A stretch of 63,862 nucleotides of DNA, counting the filler. It is 11 parts of 11 records of this genome, joined end to end, with 100 filler letters (N's around TTAATTAATTAA, not from the genome) between each part and the next. Parts side by side here need not be neighbours in the genome. Positions count along the whole stretch, not along the records: positions 4,894 to 15,957 come from SRR7504441_11534; positions 16,058 to 19,165 come from SRR7504441_11535; positions 19,266 to 24,937 come from SRR7504441_11537; 8 more parts are not named here. One strand, given 5' to 3'. Positions 11,873 through 22,500 of the stretch are shown here, in pieces (positions within the stretch are counted from its first letter, which is position 1; every line of letters begins with the position of its first letter). The position numbers and the translations under genes are program-made. The notes beneath the pieces were generated by a model. That model was not told the DNA's origin, did no database searches, and was given only the letters and a program-made list of their open reading frames with translations.

Positions 11873-11954
11873 CTCTCGGCCGGTGGTGTCGCACTCGGCG
11901 ACCCGGCGAGATCGAAAACTCCGGCCGCAGAGGACTGACCGACTCAAATCCATC

Positions 11955-13383
11955 ATGGGTGCGCGTAGTTGCGAGTAGTCGCATGGCGTGCTAGCTGGGA
12001 GTAGAGCGTCGGGCGGGTCTGAGCCGGGCGCAGACGACCCGGATCAGATCGCCCAGATGCGGGCTCGGGTGAAGGCGTTGCTCGAGTACGACAACACCGA
12101 GGGCTTCGACAAGCAGCGTGAATTCCTGCAGGGGTTGGTCGGCCTGCTCAACGACGGTCTTCCCGCCGCCCTGGCGCGACGCGAGCACCGGCCGGCAGAC
12201 ATGGACGTGTTCATGAAGAGCGGGGGGCTGCAGGCAGGGCCGTGCAAGGTCCAGTTCTGACCAGGGGTCAGATCCTGCTCCCGTTCCTGGACAGCAAGGA
12301 CGTCAAGGTGCAAGCCGCGGTGGCCACAGTGGTGGCCAAGCTCGCGGCCCGCGACGGTGCTGGCTGGACGGCTGCGCCGGCTGATCGGGCGCAGAGACTT
12401 ACAGCTGCGTGCTGATACAGCACGGGGCGGCCCAACGGATGGTGCTGCTTTGCTCGTCCAACGTGAAGCAGGCGGTCGGGCCAGGCGGCGGCCGGCTCAG
12501 GCGGGCCGCCAGGTGGTGCAGTCAGCGCTCGGGTGCCTGGCCAACATGTGCCGGGGGGACAACGCGCTGGAGCTTGCCAAGATCGAGTACTTGTTCGCCG
12601 CTATCTGTCACGTGCTGCTCGAGGTGAGTGACCCAGAGCTCAACAAAATGGCGGCCACTGTGCTGGCCAACTTCGGCTCCAACGGTAGGGCTGCCACCGC
12701 GGGCGAGGGCCGAGTGGGGTGTGCCAGTGGAGGTGCGTGAGTACATGAGAGAGGAGGGGGTAATGAGGGGACTGCTCGAGGCATCCCCACCCAGCAAACC
12801 GGGCGAGCGTGGCGGCAGGCAGCGACACTGCATAAGGAGGAGCAGGCAGTGCTGGCACAAGTGGCGCGCGGGTTGGCAGCGATGGCGATGGACAGTGCGC
12901 GGCCGGTCGTGAAGGGCCGTGACAGCGGGGGCAGCGGAGGCTCAGGTGGATATTATGCAAGCGCGGTCCATCAATAAAGTGAGCATAATGGCCAGACCCC
13001 GCCATGGCTAGCCTTGGCTGCGCGCTGTCCAGATGCACTGATCTCCGGAGCAGGTGTTGGGTCTTTATGAGAACGAATCGGAGGAGATTCGCGAGTTTGC
13101 TGCGATGGGTTTGCTCAACATCGCGCTCAACCGTGCCATCCATGAGCTGGCAGCTGAGTCGAGCCGTGGGGGCAGCTGAGAATAAGGACGCGGTGCTGAT
13201 GAACGAAAAGTACCTGTCAGCGATCAATCACATTGCTCAAAACGCCAGCCCGAACATGCGGTGAGATTGGGTCGAGAGGCAAGCAGGCTGATTGGATGCG
13301 TGCTGCACAGGAAAATGGCCGCGGGGGTGAGCATGCGTTTGAACGAGAAGGAAACTAGCAAAATGGACGACGATGTTGAGTGA
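11955..13383 (+). CDS. Armadillo/HEAT-repeat protein, multi-intron
   Basis: Spliced segments KSGGLQILLPFLDSKDVKVQAAVA, VVQSALGCLANMC and MAATVLANFG are ARM-like; ends MDDDVE*. Start is inferred via intron 11959-11994. Confidence 0.65.
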
Positions 13384-13636
13384 GGCAGACACAGCGTACA
13401 ATGACCTACCGACATCCTCAGTCGCCGACCTTGAGCATGCACGTGAGCTCCATCTAAGCTCCATCAAATTACTTCTCGAGAAAATCAAACGCATTAATTT
13501 TATACTCGACATTTACTCAACATTACTTTGTCGGATTCATGAGCACTTTATGCATGATCATTACTTATTTACGGCACTGGCAATCTTGTCCGCAGGCGGC
13601 CTCACCCAATGTTTCAAGAGTGCCTTGCCGTGCAAC

Positions 13637-13809
13637 AGCGCGAGCGCCAGCTAGAGGAGATTCGGGCGATGCGCCGGCTTAGTTGGGGCTTCGGCTCCAA
13701 GTCCCGTGAGGAATCGACTGCACTTCTATCGGCTGCCCCCGGGGCGACTGCTTCTCTTTGATGTTCCGCTGGAGCATCGCCCGAATCTCCTCAACCTGGC
13801 GCTCGCGCT
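13637..13809. repeat. 36-bp inverted repeat (arms 13637-13672 and 13774-13809)
   Basis: agcgcgagcgccagctagaggagattcgggcgatgc versus the reverse complement of the second arm, agcgcgagcgccaggttgaggagattcgggcgatgc: 34/36 identical. Confidence 0.9.
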
Positions 13810-14858
13810 CGGTCGGTTCGCCATGGCTGATTTGGTCCGGAACCTCTATCCCGTCCATGTACTGTGGCTGGTTGACTTGCTGCCTCCTAGGGCTCAGATC
13901 TGTGTACCCAGACCGCTGAATCGTGCCACCCAAGCCCGGCTCGGCGGCCGCCATCTTAGCTTCGAGCGCCCGCACCTGCCGGCGGTGGGCGACGGGCGGC
14001 TGGCGGGCACCTGGGCACTGTTCTGGTTAACTCTTTGTTCACACGCTTGAAGCACTTGCTGGTACCCACTCATCATGTTGTGCAGCTGGCTGATCTCGCG
14101 CTGGTTCTCGCCCTGCCCATTCGGTCCGCCCCGCCCCACCCGGCCAGCACCGGCAGCCGGTGCTCCGTCCCGGGCTGGGCCGCCCTCCCATCCAGCTCTC
14201 GCACCCTGGTCGAGTTGGCAGCTGCACTCCATCAGCCACCGCGCCCGGCGAGCCACCCACCGCTCTCGGCAGCCAGTGCGCTCATCTGGGCGGTCAGCTG
14301 CTGGACTGCCGCCTGGGCCTGGACCTGCTGCTGGACCATCTGCTGAATCTGGGCGGACTGCTCGGCCACCAACCGCTCGATCTCCAACGGCCGCCGCTCC
14401 AGCGCCTCCAGCCGATCGACCAGCCGTTGGAACTCGGCGTACGTCACCGGCTGCTCCGGCACCGGCACCGACTTGACCGAGTAGTCCGTTGGGCCGCGCC
14501 GGAGCTGGCCGATTAGCTCGTGCATCCTGCCCGCCGGTGCGCCGAGCCCGGGGAGCGGGCACCCGTCCTGGTAGACCTGTAGGTGGCAGTCCGCCCAGAT
14601 GGCGTGCACCCAGCGCAGGAACACCGGCTCGCTCACAGGGAAATCCGGCCCGCCCTGGGTGATGGCCTCGAAGCTTGCCGAGATCTTGTGGGTCGGGGTG
14701 CCCGGGTCCAGCCGGTGGCATGCCTCCGCGAACCGCGCGAGCTCTGGCCGCACCGGTCAGCCAGCCGGCGACTGCGGTGGCCGACCGAACGCGCCCGAGC
14801 TCGGGTGCTGGCAAGCAGCATACAGCGCCCTGGCCTGCGGCTCCCGGGCGGCCTCCAT
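13679..14858 (-). CDS. Hypothetical protein with helical N-terminus and coiled-coil/Q-rich body, multi-intron
   Basis: MEAAREPQARALY.. splices to ELARFAEACHRLDPG; later exons correspond to ORFs 14232-14753 and 13679-13975. Confidence 0.6.
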
Positions 14859-14927
14859 TGAGGCAGGTCCTCCAGGCACGCTCCAACCGACCAACGGCAC
14901 GCGTTGGATCCTTTGGAAGCAAGTGCC

Positions 14928-15957
14928 ATGCTGAGCAGCCTTGCCCAGCCGCACCCTCCTACCCGTGCCAGGTCCGGCAGGCCGCGCGCGGTTGTCGGGT
15001 TGCTTACGATCGCGGCGCTGCTTACGGTCCCCGGCCTAGCGCTTGTGCCCCCTTCGGACGCCCGGCGGGACGGCCCAGCCTGCCCGTGCACCGGATCGAC
15101 TGCCGACTGTGCGGGGCTGGCGGACCTGTATACGGCCACCCGGGGCGCCGGCTGGGCCGACAACACCGGCTGGTGCGACGGCGGATCGCCGTGCTCGTGG
15201 TTCGGGGTCAAATGCTCCGGCGGGGACTCTGCGGTCTCGAGGCTGTGAGCGCCCGCCCCGCCGTATGAATGAGCTGTGGCCTGGCAGTGTGCTCTATCGG
15301 AACGACCTGAAGGGCAGCCTGCCGAGCAGCATCACCAACATGACCCGGCTGGAGTATCTTTCTCTGTATGAGAACTCGTTTTCCGGGACTCTGCCCAGCA
15401 CCATTCACCGCTTGACCGCGCTGGAGACTTTGAGCTTAGCCTACAGCTCCTTGTCCGGGAGCCTGCCGAATGGCGTTGGTGACATGGCATCGCTTCAGGG
15501 CTTGTATCTGTCCAGGACTTTTCTCTCAGGGAGCCTGCCTTCGAGCGTCGGTGGCATGGCATCGCTTCAGCGGCTGAGCGTGCGCCAGACCGTGCTTTCA
15601 GGCACGCTGCCTAGCGTTGGCGGCATGGCCTCGCTGCAGTGGCTGATCCTGTACGAGACGTCCCTGTCTGGCAGCTTGCCGAATGATGTCACCAGCCTGA
15701 CCAAGCTGGAGAAGCTCGACTTGCACGAGACTGCACTGTCAGGTAGCCTCCCTCGCACAATCGGCAGCATTGCTGCGCGCCGCCGCCGCCGCAGCACTGG
15801 ACTGCAGCAGTTATCGCTGTCGCGGACCTCGCTATCTGGCACCCTGCCGCGCAGCATCAGCAGTCTGCTGAAGCTTGACCGGTTGCTTTTGTCACATACT
15901 TTACTGTCCGGGACCTTGCCGAGGAGCATGGGCAGCCTCACTAGGCTTACTTTACCG
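14928..15957 (+). CDS. Plant-type LRR receptor-like/secreted protein, 3'-partial
   Basis: Hydrophobic signal segment, LRRNT cap (LADLYTATRGAGW..W..PCSWFGVKC), intron from 15245, and 24-aa LxxLxLxxTxLSGSLP repeats. Confidence 0.9.
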
Positions 15958-16057
15958 NNNNNNNNNNNNNNNNNNNNNNNNNNNNNNNNNNNNNNNNNNN
16001 NTTAATTAATTAANNNNNNNNNNNNNNNNNNNNNNNNNNNNNNNNNNNNNNNNNNNN
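15958..16057. other. Artificial contig spacer
   Basis: N44-TTAATTAATTAA-N44. Confidence 0.99.
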
Positions 16058-17473
16058 AGTAGCCTCGATGCAGAGCGGCGAGCTGGCCCGGTTCACCTGC
16101 AAGCCCGAGGTGCCGAACGACCGGTGGCCCGGGCGAGCCGGGCGGCAGTACGCGTACGGGGAGGATGGGGCGCCGCCTGCGATCCCGCCCAACGCGACGC
16201 TCGACTTCGAGGTCGAGCTGCTCGGGTGGGAGAAGCCCAAGTGGAAGATGACCGTGGGCGAGAAGCTGGAGAAGGCGGCTGAGCTCAAGGCGTCCGGCAG
16301 CCAGGCGTTCAAGGCGGGCGACTGGGCCGAGGCCGAGCGGCTGTACAGCGAAGGGCTCGGCTGGGTGGACCAGCTGAGCAACGCCGACCCTCCGCAGAAG
16401 GCTGCGGCCGAGGAGCTCCAGACGGCACTCTGGCTCAATCAGAGCCTGTCGATGCAGAAGCTGGGCCGGTGGGGCGAGAGCATAGCCCCGTGCAATCATG
16501 TGCTCAAGCTGTGCCCTGACCACCCCAAGGCGTTGTTCCGGCGCGGCACGGCCGAGACTGAGTTTGGGATGCTGGACGAGTCCCGCGCGACGCTGCTCCG
16601 AGCGGCCAAGCTGGCCCCGCAGGACAAGCCGGTCCGGGCGGCGCTCGCCGAGGTGAAGCGGCGGCTTGCCAAGAGTCGTAAGGAGCAGATTGCGTCGTTC
16701 GGAGGCAACCTGTTCAAGCAAGGGATGTATGAAGATAAGAGCGACATGTTCAGCGTGCCGGAGCACCAGGGGCCTCTCCCGAGGGTCTGGATGGAGCTGA
16801 GCATCGGGGGGGAGCCGGCCGGCCGGCTGGTGTTCGAGCTGTTCTCTCACGTGGTGCCGCGGACTGCACACAACTTCAGGTGGCAAGCGCGTGAGTGCTA
16901 TGATCTGATCCGGTGGCAGGATGCTGTGCCTGGGGAGCGGGGGGCTGGGCAAGCAGACTAAGAAGCCGCTCAGCTACACAGGCTGCCCGGTCCACCGGGT
17001 AGTCAAGGACTTCATCTGGCAGGCTGGCGACTTCAGCAAGCACAACGGGAGCGGGGGCGAGAGCGTGTTCGGAGGCGAGTTCCCTGACGAGAGCTTTAGG
17101 ATGAGCCACGCGCGCAAGTTCACACTCTCGATGGCCAATTCGGGCCCGAGTGAGCCTCTGAGTCCCCTGCGGGCGGCTGACTGGCTGGGCAGATAAGAAC
17201 GGGTCTCAATTCTTTGTGACACTCAAGGAGGATCTGACCCACCTGGACAAGAAGCACGTAGCGTTCGGACGGCTGGTGGACGGACAAGAGCTCGCGGCAC
17301 GGGTGGGCGAGCTCGAGTCGGGTCCGGAGCAGGCGCCGGTGCTGCCAGTGCTGATCACCGGATCGGGCGAGGTACCCGAGCAAGAGTGGCAGGAGCCGGA
17401 GCCGTTGCCAGAGGAGGAGAACCCATTCGAGCTCTCGAATCCGGCCGCCGCCCCAGAGGAGGACACCCGCTGA
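16058..17473 (+). CDS. FCBP: Dual immunophilin FKBP-TPR-cyclophilin (FCBP architecture), 5'-partial
   Basis: FKBP C-half (YAYGEDG.PPAIPPNATLDFEVELL), three TPRs (KASGSQAFKAG, KALFRRG), then cyclophilin (VPRTAHNFR, HRVVKDF.WQAGD, SMANSGPNKNGSQFF, HLDKKHVAFG). Three short GT-AG introns. Confidence 0.92.
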
Positions 17474-17582
17474 GGCGTGGTTGGACGCCCTGCGCTTGCT
17501 CGACGCTGAGCAGGCCTACGTACGCCTTAATTAATAAAACAATGATGGGCCCCTAGCCCGAATTTATTGTTATGTAGGCGCC

Positions 17583-19165
17583 TCAAAGCCTTCGTTCGTT
17601 ATATAACAAGCCGGGCCGCACCGGGTTGGCTTCAGTCTGGTTTATCGCGACCGGATTCACGACCACGCTGATAGCGACCTGCGCAGGTGCGCACTTGTCG
17701 CCTGTTGCTTGCTGCCCGCCCGCTGGGTCCGGGACTGGCTTGTGTGATCCGCGCCACAAGTACCACCAGACCGCGAGCCCTGCTAGCACCAGGAGCACCA
17801 ACCCCCCGATGGCGATCCCCACGATCATCCCGAGCCCCGGCCCGCCCTCGCTCCCGCCCTCGCTGCTTGAGCCTGCACTCGCCGCCGTGGACTCAGCCGT
17901 GCCAGCCGCCGCCTCGGCGGTGCTAGCTGTTGGGGCGGCTGTCGGGGCGCTGGTGGGTCCATCGTACAGCAGCAGCAGCAGCGGACCAGGGGGCGGCGAG
18001 GGAGGCGTGGCACCGACAGCCCAGCCGCGGCCGGCGTTCACGAATGAGATGGCGTAAAGGCTGCCTGAGGCTGCGGTCAGCGTGTAGCTGCTCCAGCTGT
18101 CGCCACCGTCGGTGGTCTGCAGCACCACGCTCCCAGCACCGACTGCATACCCACTATTCGAGTCGGGCAAGGCCACCCCATACAGGTTGCCGGCCACAGG
18201 GCTCGCCTGGCTCCAGCTGGCGCCCCCGTCGCTCGTCTTGAGCACAATCCCGTTGTCGCCCACTGCCAGCCCGTCCGTCTCGCTGGAGAAGGATACGGCC
18301 CGGAGCGCGCTGCTCAGAGCCCAAGTGCTCCCTCCGGCTGCTGAGCTCCCGCTCCAGAGCACAGCCCAAGTGCTCCCGTCGGTTGTGCCCACCACTGTGC
18401 CGGTACAGCCCACAGCCCACCCGCGCGTGCTGCTCGCCATCGCCACTGCCTGCAGGTCCCCGGCGCCCTCGATCGGTGTGCTAGCACCGATCGAGTACGG
18501 TCCGGTGGTCGCGATGGCGCCGTCATTGCTGACGGTGACCAGCTCACTAATGCTCTGGGCAGTCCAGCTAAACCCACCGTCAGCGGTCATGAAGATCTGG
18601 CCGTCCCTGCCGACCGTCCAGCCCTGTGTCTCGCTCACGAAGCTCAGGCCATTCAGCCAGTATTGCGAGGGCAGCAAATCGTTCTCTGAACTAGATAAGT
18701 CCTGCACGTCGGGGCAGACGGCATCCACGCCAAAGCATGGGCCGTTCACGGGGTCGTCCACGGCAGTGCACCGGCAGTTGGTGGTGGCCGGTGGGGCACC
18801 GGTGCCGCACACTGTTGTGGACTCCTTAAGGCACGGGTTGTAGGTAGCTCCGCCATCGGTGGTGGAGAGCACCCAGCCGTAGTACCCAGTGACCCAGCCG
18901 TGTGTGGCGCTTACGAATGTGATCGCCCGGGCCCCGCCGAGCCATTGGAACCCGCTTCTGGTCCCGGCCGTGACCACATCAGCAACGAAACTGGTCTCGG
19001 TCCATGTTGAGCCCCCGTCGGTTGTCCGCAAGATCGTCGCCCTGAATGTCGCCGATTTGCCGGTGGCCCAGCAGCGGCTCGCGTCGATGCACGAGATAGA
19101 GTACAAGTCGTTTGTGTCCTCTGCGCCGACTCCGCCCGTCTGGTCGGTCCAGTAGCTGTCGCCCA
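17583..19165 (-). CDS. YCF48/BNR (Asp-box) beta-propeller type I membrane protein, 5'-partial
   Basis: Repeated GW.VG..G.I..T.DGG.SW units, a Ser/Thr/Ala stalk, one TM helix (GMIVGIAIGGLVLLVLAGLAVWWYLW) and a short tail. Confidence 0.85.
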
Positions 19166-19265
19166 NNNNNNNNNNNNNNNNNNNNNNNNNNNNNNNNNNN
19201 NNNNNNNNNTTAATTAATTAANNNNNNNNNNNNNNNNNNNNNNNNNNNNNNNNNNNNNNNNNNNN
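19166..19265. other. Artificial contig spacer
   Basis: N44-TTAATTAATTAA-N44. Confidence 0.99.
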
Positions 19266-19512
19266 GGTTACTGGGACACGATCGAGGTCAGGCCGGCCTC
19301 ATGCGCCGGCACCGTGGGTGAGCGCACAGCAGGTGGAAGACAGGCGTCAGCGGGGCCGGTGCGGGTCCACCAGCACGGATAGTACTGCACCAAGGTGATC
19401 ACAGCCGCGCCACCGGTCGGCTGTAGCGAACCAGCAGTTCGGCGGCAGCCGGGCTGACTCGAAAACAATAATAATAAAATCGAGTCGGTTGGAATATCCC
19501 TCAGCGAAAAAA

Positions 19513-22500
19513 ATGCGGCATCAGCAAAGCCCATTCGGGTTTTGCCTGACGATTTGGCTGGCGGTGGTGGCGGTATGGGCGCTGGACCCGGCCGAGGGGA
19601 TTCCGCTCGGCCTGGGGGACCAGCTGGCGCTGCTCTCCACCTCCGAGGGGAAGGGGCTTCAATCTGAGATCGACCGCGAGGTCCAGCAGGCCGAGGCGGA
19701 GGAGCGCAAGGAGATGGCCAACGCCCAGCCGGTCCAGGACCAGGTGGCCGAGGCCGAGGCCCACCGGCGCAAGGCGATCCGGGACGCCGACATGCTCAGC
19801 GAGCTCGGGCGGGAGAAGGCCCGGCGCGATCGGGTGGCGGCTGCGGTGGGCGAGAGCCGGGCGGTGACGCGCGAGGTGGACAAGGCGATCGCCGACGAGG
19901 AGCGGGTCGAGCTGGCCGAGCAGCCGGCCCGGACTGGGTTGGGCAAGCTGGAGAAGGAGCTCAAGGAGGCCAAGGCGGAGGAGGCGCAGGCCAAGGCCAA
20001 GGCCGACTCGGAGGTGTCTGTGGTCGAGCAAGAGAGGGCCAAGCGGCGGGCGGCCGCGCGCGCCGAGGCGGGCAAGCTGCAGGAGCAAGCCAAAGCTGAA
20101 GCGCAGGCCGCCCGCGCGGTATCGAAGCAGATGGGCCAGCTGCGCGCCGATGCGACCAACCAGGTGCGAAAGCCGCCCGACGACAGGCATTCTGAGCGGG
20201 CGCCACAGGACGCGCGGGCGCGCCAGGCCGAAGAGGATGCGGAGCGGGCCCGGTCTGCGCTGGAGGCGGCGCGGGGCAAGGCCAGTTCTAAAGTGGAGCT
20301 GCATCGGGGTCGTCTGGCAGAGTTGGAGGGTCAGATGGCCGAGGCCCAGCAGGTGCAGCCTCCCGATTGGTCGGTCGGTGAGCGCTGGTGCAGGTGCTGG
20401 CCGAGGCCACCAGGGCTGCCAAGGAGGCCAAACAGGAGGCGGCTGATCAGGCGAGCAAGCGAGCGGTGGCTCTGACAAAACAGAAGGCCAAGGCAGCACT
20501 CGAGGAGCAGCAAGCTCAGCTGTCTGAGGGAGGGCTGAAGAAGCAACTCGACCGCGCGGCCAAGACAGATGCGCGCGACCTTGCCCAGCTGCAGCAGGCG
20601 GAGCAGAAGGCGATAGCGGGCCGCGGCAAGGCGCAGATCGATGCGGGTGGCTTGTCGCAGCTTGAGACGGCGGAGGCGGAGGCCACTCGGCGGGCCAAGC
20701 GAGCCGGCGCCGGGCTGGCCAAGGATACGGCCGCGCTCGGCGAGCTCAAAAAGGCCCAAAGGCGCAACCAGGACGAGCTTCAGCAGGCCGACTCAGCGCT
20801 CGAAGAGAAACGGGCAGAGGTCCGTCTGGCGCAGGAGCGGGTGAGCAGTCAGTGGAATACCGAGGTCGAGCAGAAGCGGGCGGCGCTCAAAACCGCCGAG
20901 GCCGACGCCAAGGCTGCGGCCAGTAAGCGGAAGCGAGCAGAGGCCGGGCTAGTAGAAACAAGGAAGACAAACGCGCAGGCAATCACAGATCAGAACCAAG
21001 CAGTTGCCACAGCAGCGAGCGAAGTTAGCGCCGCCAAACAGAGCTCGGCCCAGGGCGAGAATGCGGTGATGCGACTCAAGGCGCAGCTGAAGCAGGCAAA
21101 GGAGCACGCAGCTGCAGCGCAGGCCAGTCCGGAGGAGCTCCCACCTGCTGTGCTCCAAGTGCGCGCTAAGCTCAAGGACGAGGAGCGCAAGCTGGCAGCA
21201 GCTAAGGAGACGGAGCAGCAGGCGGCGAGTCAACTGAAGAAGAGTGAGATGGACCATTCGGCACTCGTCAGTAAGGACGCGTCAGCTGTCCGCGAAGCGA
21301 TGCTTGCGGCCAACAGGGCCAAAGCTAACGCGGACTCGGTTGCGGCTGCAGCCAAGCGGAAGGAGGGCTCGGCAGGCAGGCTCGAGCGGGTGGTGGACAA
21401 GCTCGAGTCGGGGGATACTACCTCGCAGAAGCAGTCTTCCGCTGACGCCCAGAAGGTGCGCAAGGAGCTCGCAGCCAATCAAGTCAAAATCTCCACCTAC
21501 GAACAGACGGTCGCTACCGACTCTGCGAGCGAGGGCGCAGTGGCAGCTGCCGGCGAGCGCGAGCTGGCTTCAGCTTCGAAGGAGCTGGAGCAGGCAAGGT
21601 CAGCCATGCACAAGCTGAGGATGCAAAAGGCAATGGCCAGCCAAGTTGCAGACCTTGCAAAGCACACCGCGGCCCAACAGGAATCGGAGCTGAACACGAC
21701 ACTGGCCGAGGCTGTTCAGCTGCAGAAGCTTCGCGAGGTGTTGGACAAGAACAAAGACAAGGGCGAGCTGCTCCGTCGGCAGCTGAGCGCATTGCAGGAT
21801 CAGCTCATGAATGCCCGGGACCAGCTACCGCAGGCAAAGTACAACATTGACGTGGCTTCCCACGAGCTGCAGCAGCAGCGGGCGGCCTCAAAGAGGCTGC
21901 TAAATGGGCCTGGCGCCAAGCTGGAGCTTGTCAAGCGGAAAGAGAAGCTTGAAGCTATTGCTTTTCGGAACGTGAAGGACAAGATGAAGCTTGCGCAGAC
22001 CAACGCAGGAGCAGCGGAGAAGATGATCGCAGATCGGGTAGGACTTGACTGCCCTGGATGCACTAAACTCAAGGTCGACAAGGCCAGGCTCGAGTCAAAG
22101 CTTGAGGTTGAGCAAGATGAGGTCCGCAGAGTGAAGCGCCTGGCCCGAGACAACACCAAACAGGCCAACTGGAACATCAGTTCTGCCACAGCTACTGCCG
22201 CAACTGCAGATCAGAAGCTCAGCTCAGCAAAGGAGGAAGCCACGGAGGCTGCTGCTGAGTTGGAACTAAAGGAGCACTCCGTGGAAGCTGCTCAGAGCGC
22301 CAAGTCAGACGCAGCCGAGCCGCTGCGTCGACTGCATCACAAAATCAACACTTGGAAGGCTAGCAGGGCTTTGGTCAAGCTTAAGAGTGCAGCTCACGTC
22401 AAGGCAGAGCAAAATCAGCAGCTAATGCAGGCTTCAAAGGAAGCTGCGGCCGATGACCTCCTCAAGACGAAAGAAGAATCAGTCAATGCTCAGGCGAAAG

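Noticed and set aside
15775-15795. Poly-Arg insert in the LRR protein
   Set aside because: A CGC microsatellite; any furin-site or NLS role is unsupported.
19501-20499. Long antisense or alternate-frame ORFs (also 13894-14922, 48014-48997, 55549-56718)
   Set aside because: Shadow ORFs expected from high GC; R/P/G/A-rich with no recognisable motifs.
22038-22073. CPGC in the middle of a coiled coil, like a Rad50 zinc hook
   Set aside because: The segment reads as a 36-nt in-frame GT-AG intron (gtagga...ctaaactcaag); removing it restores the coiled coil.
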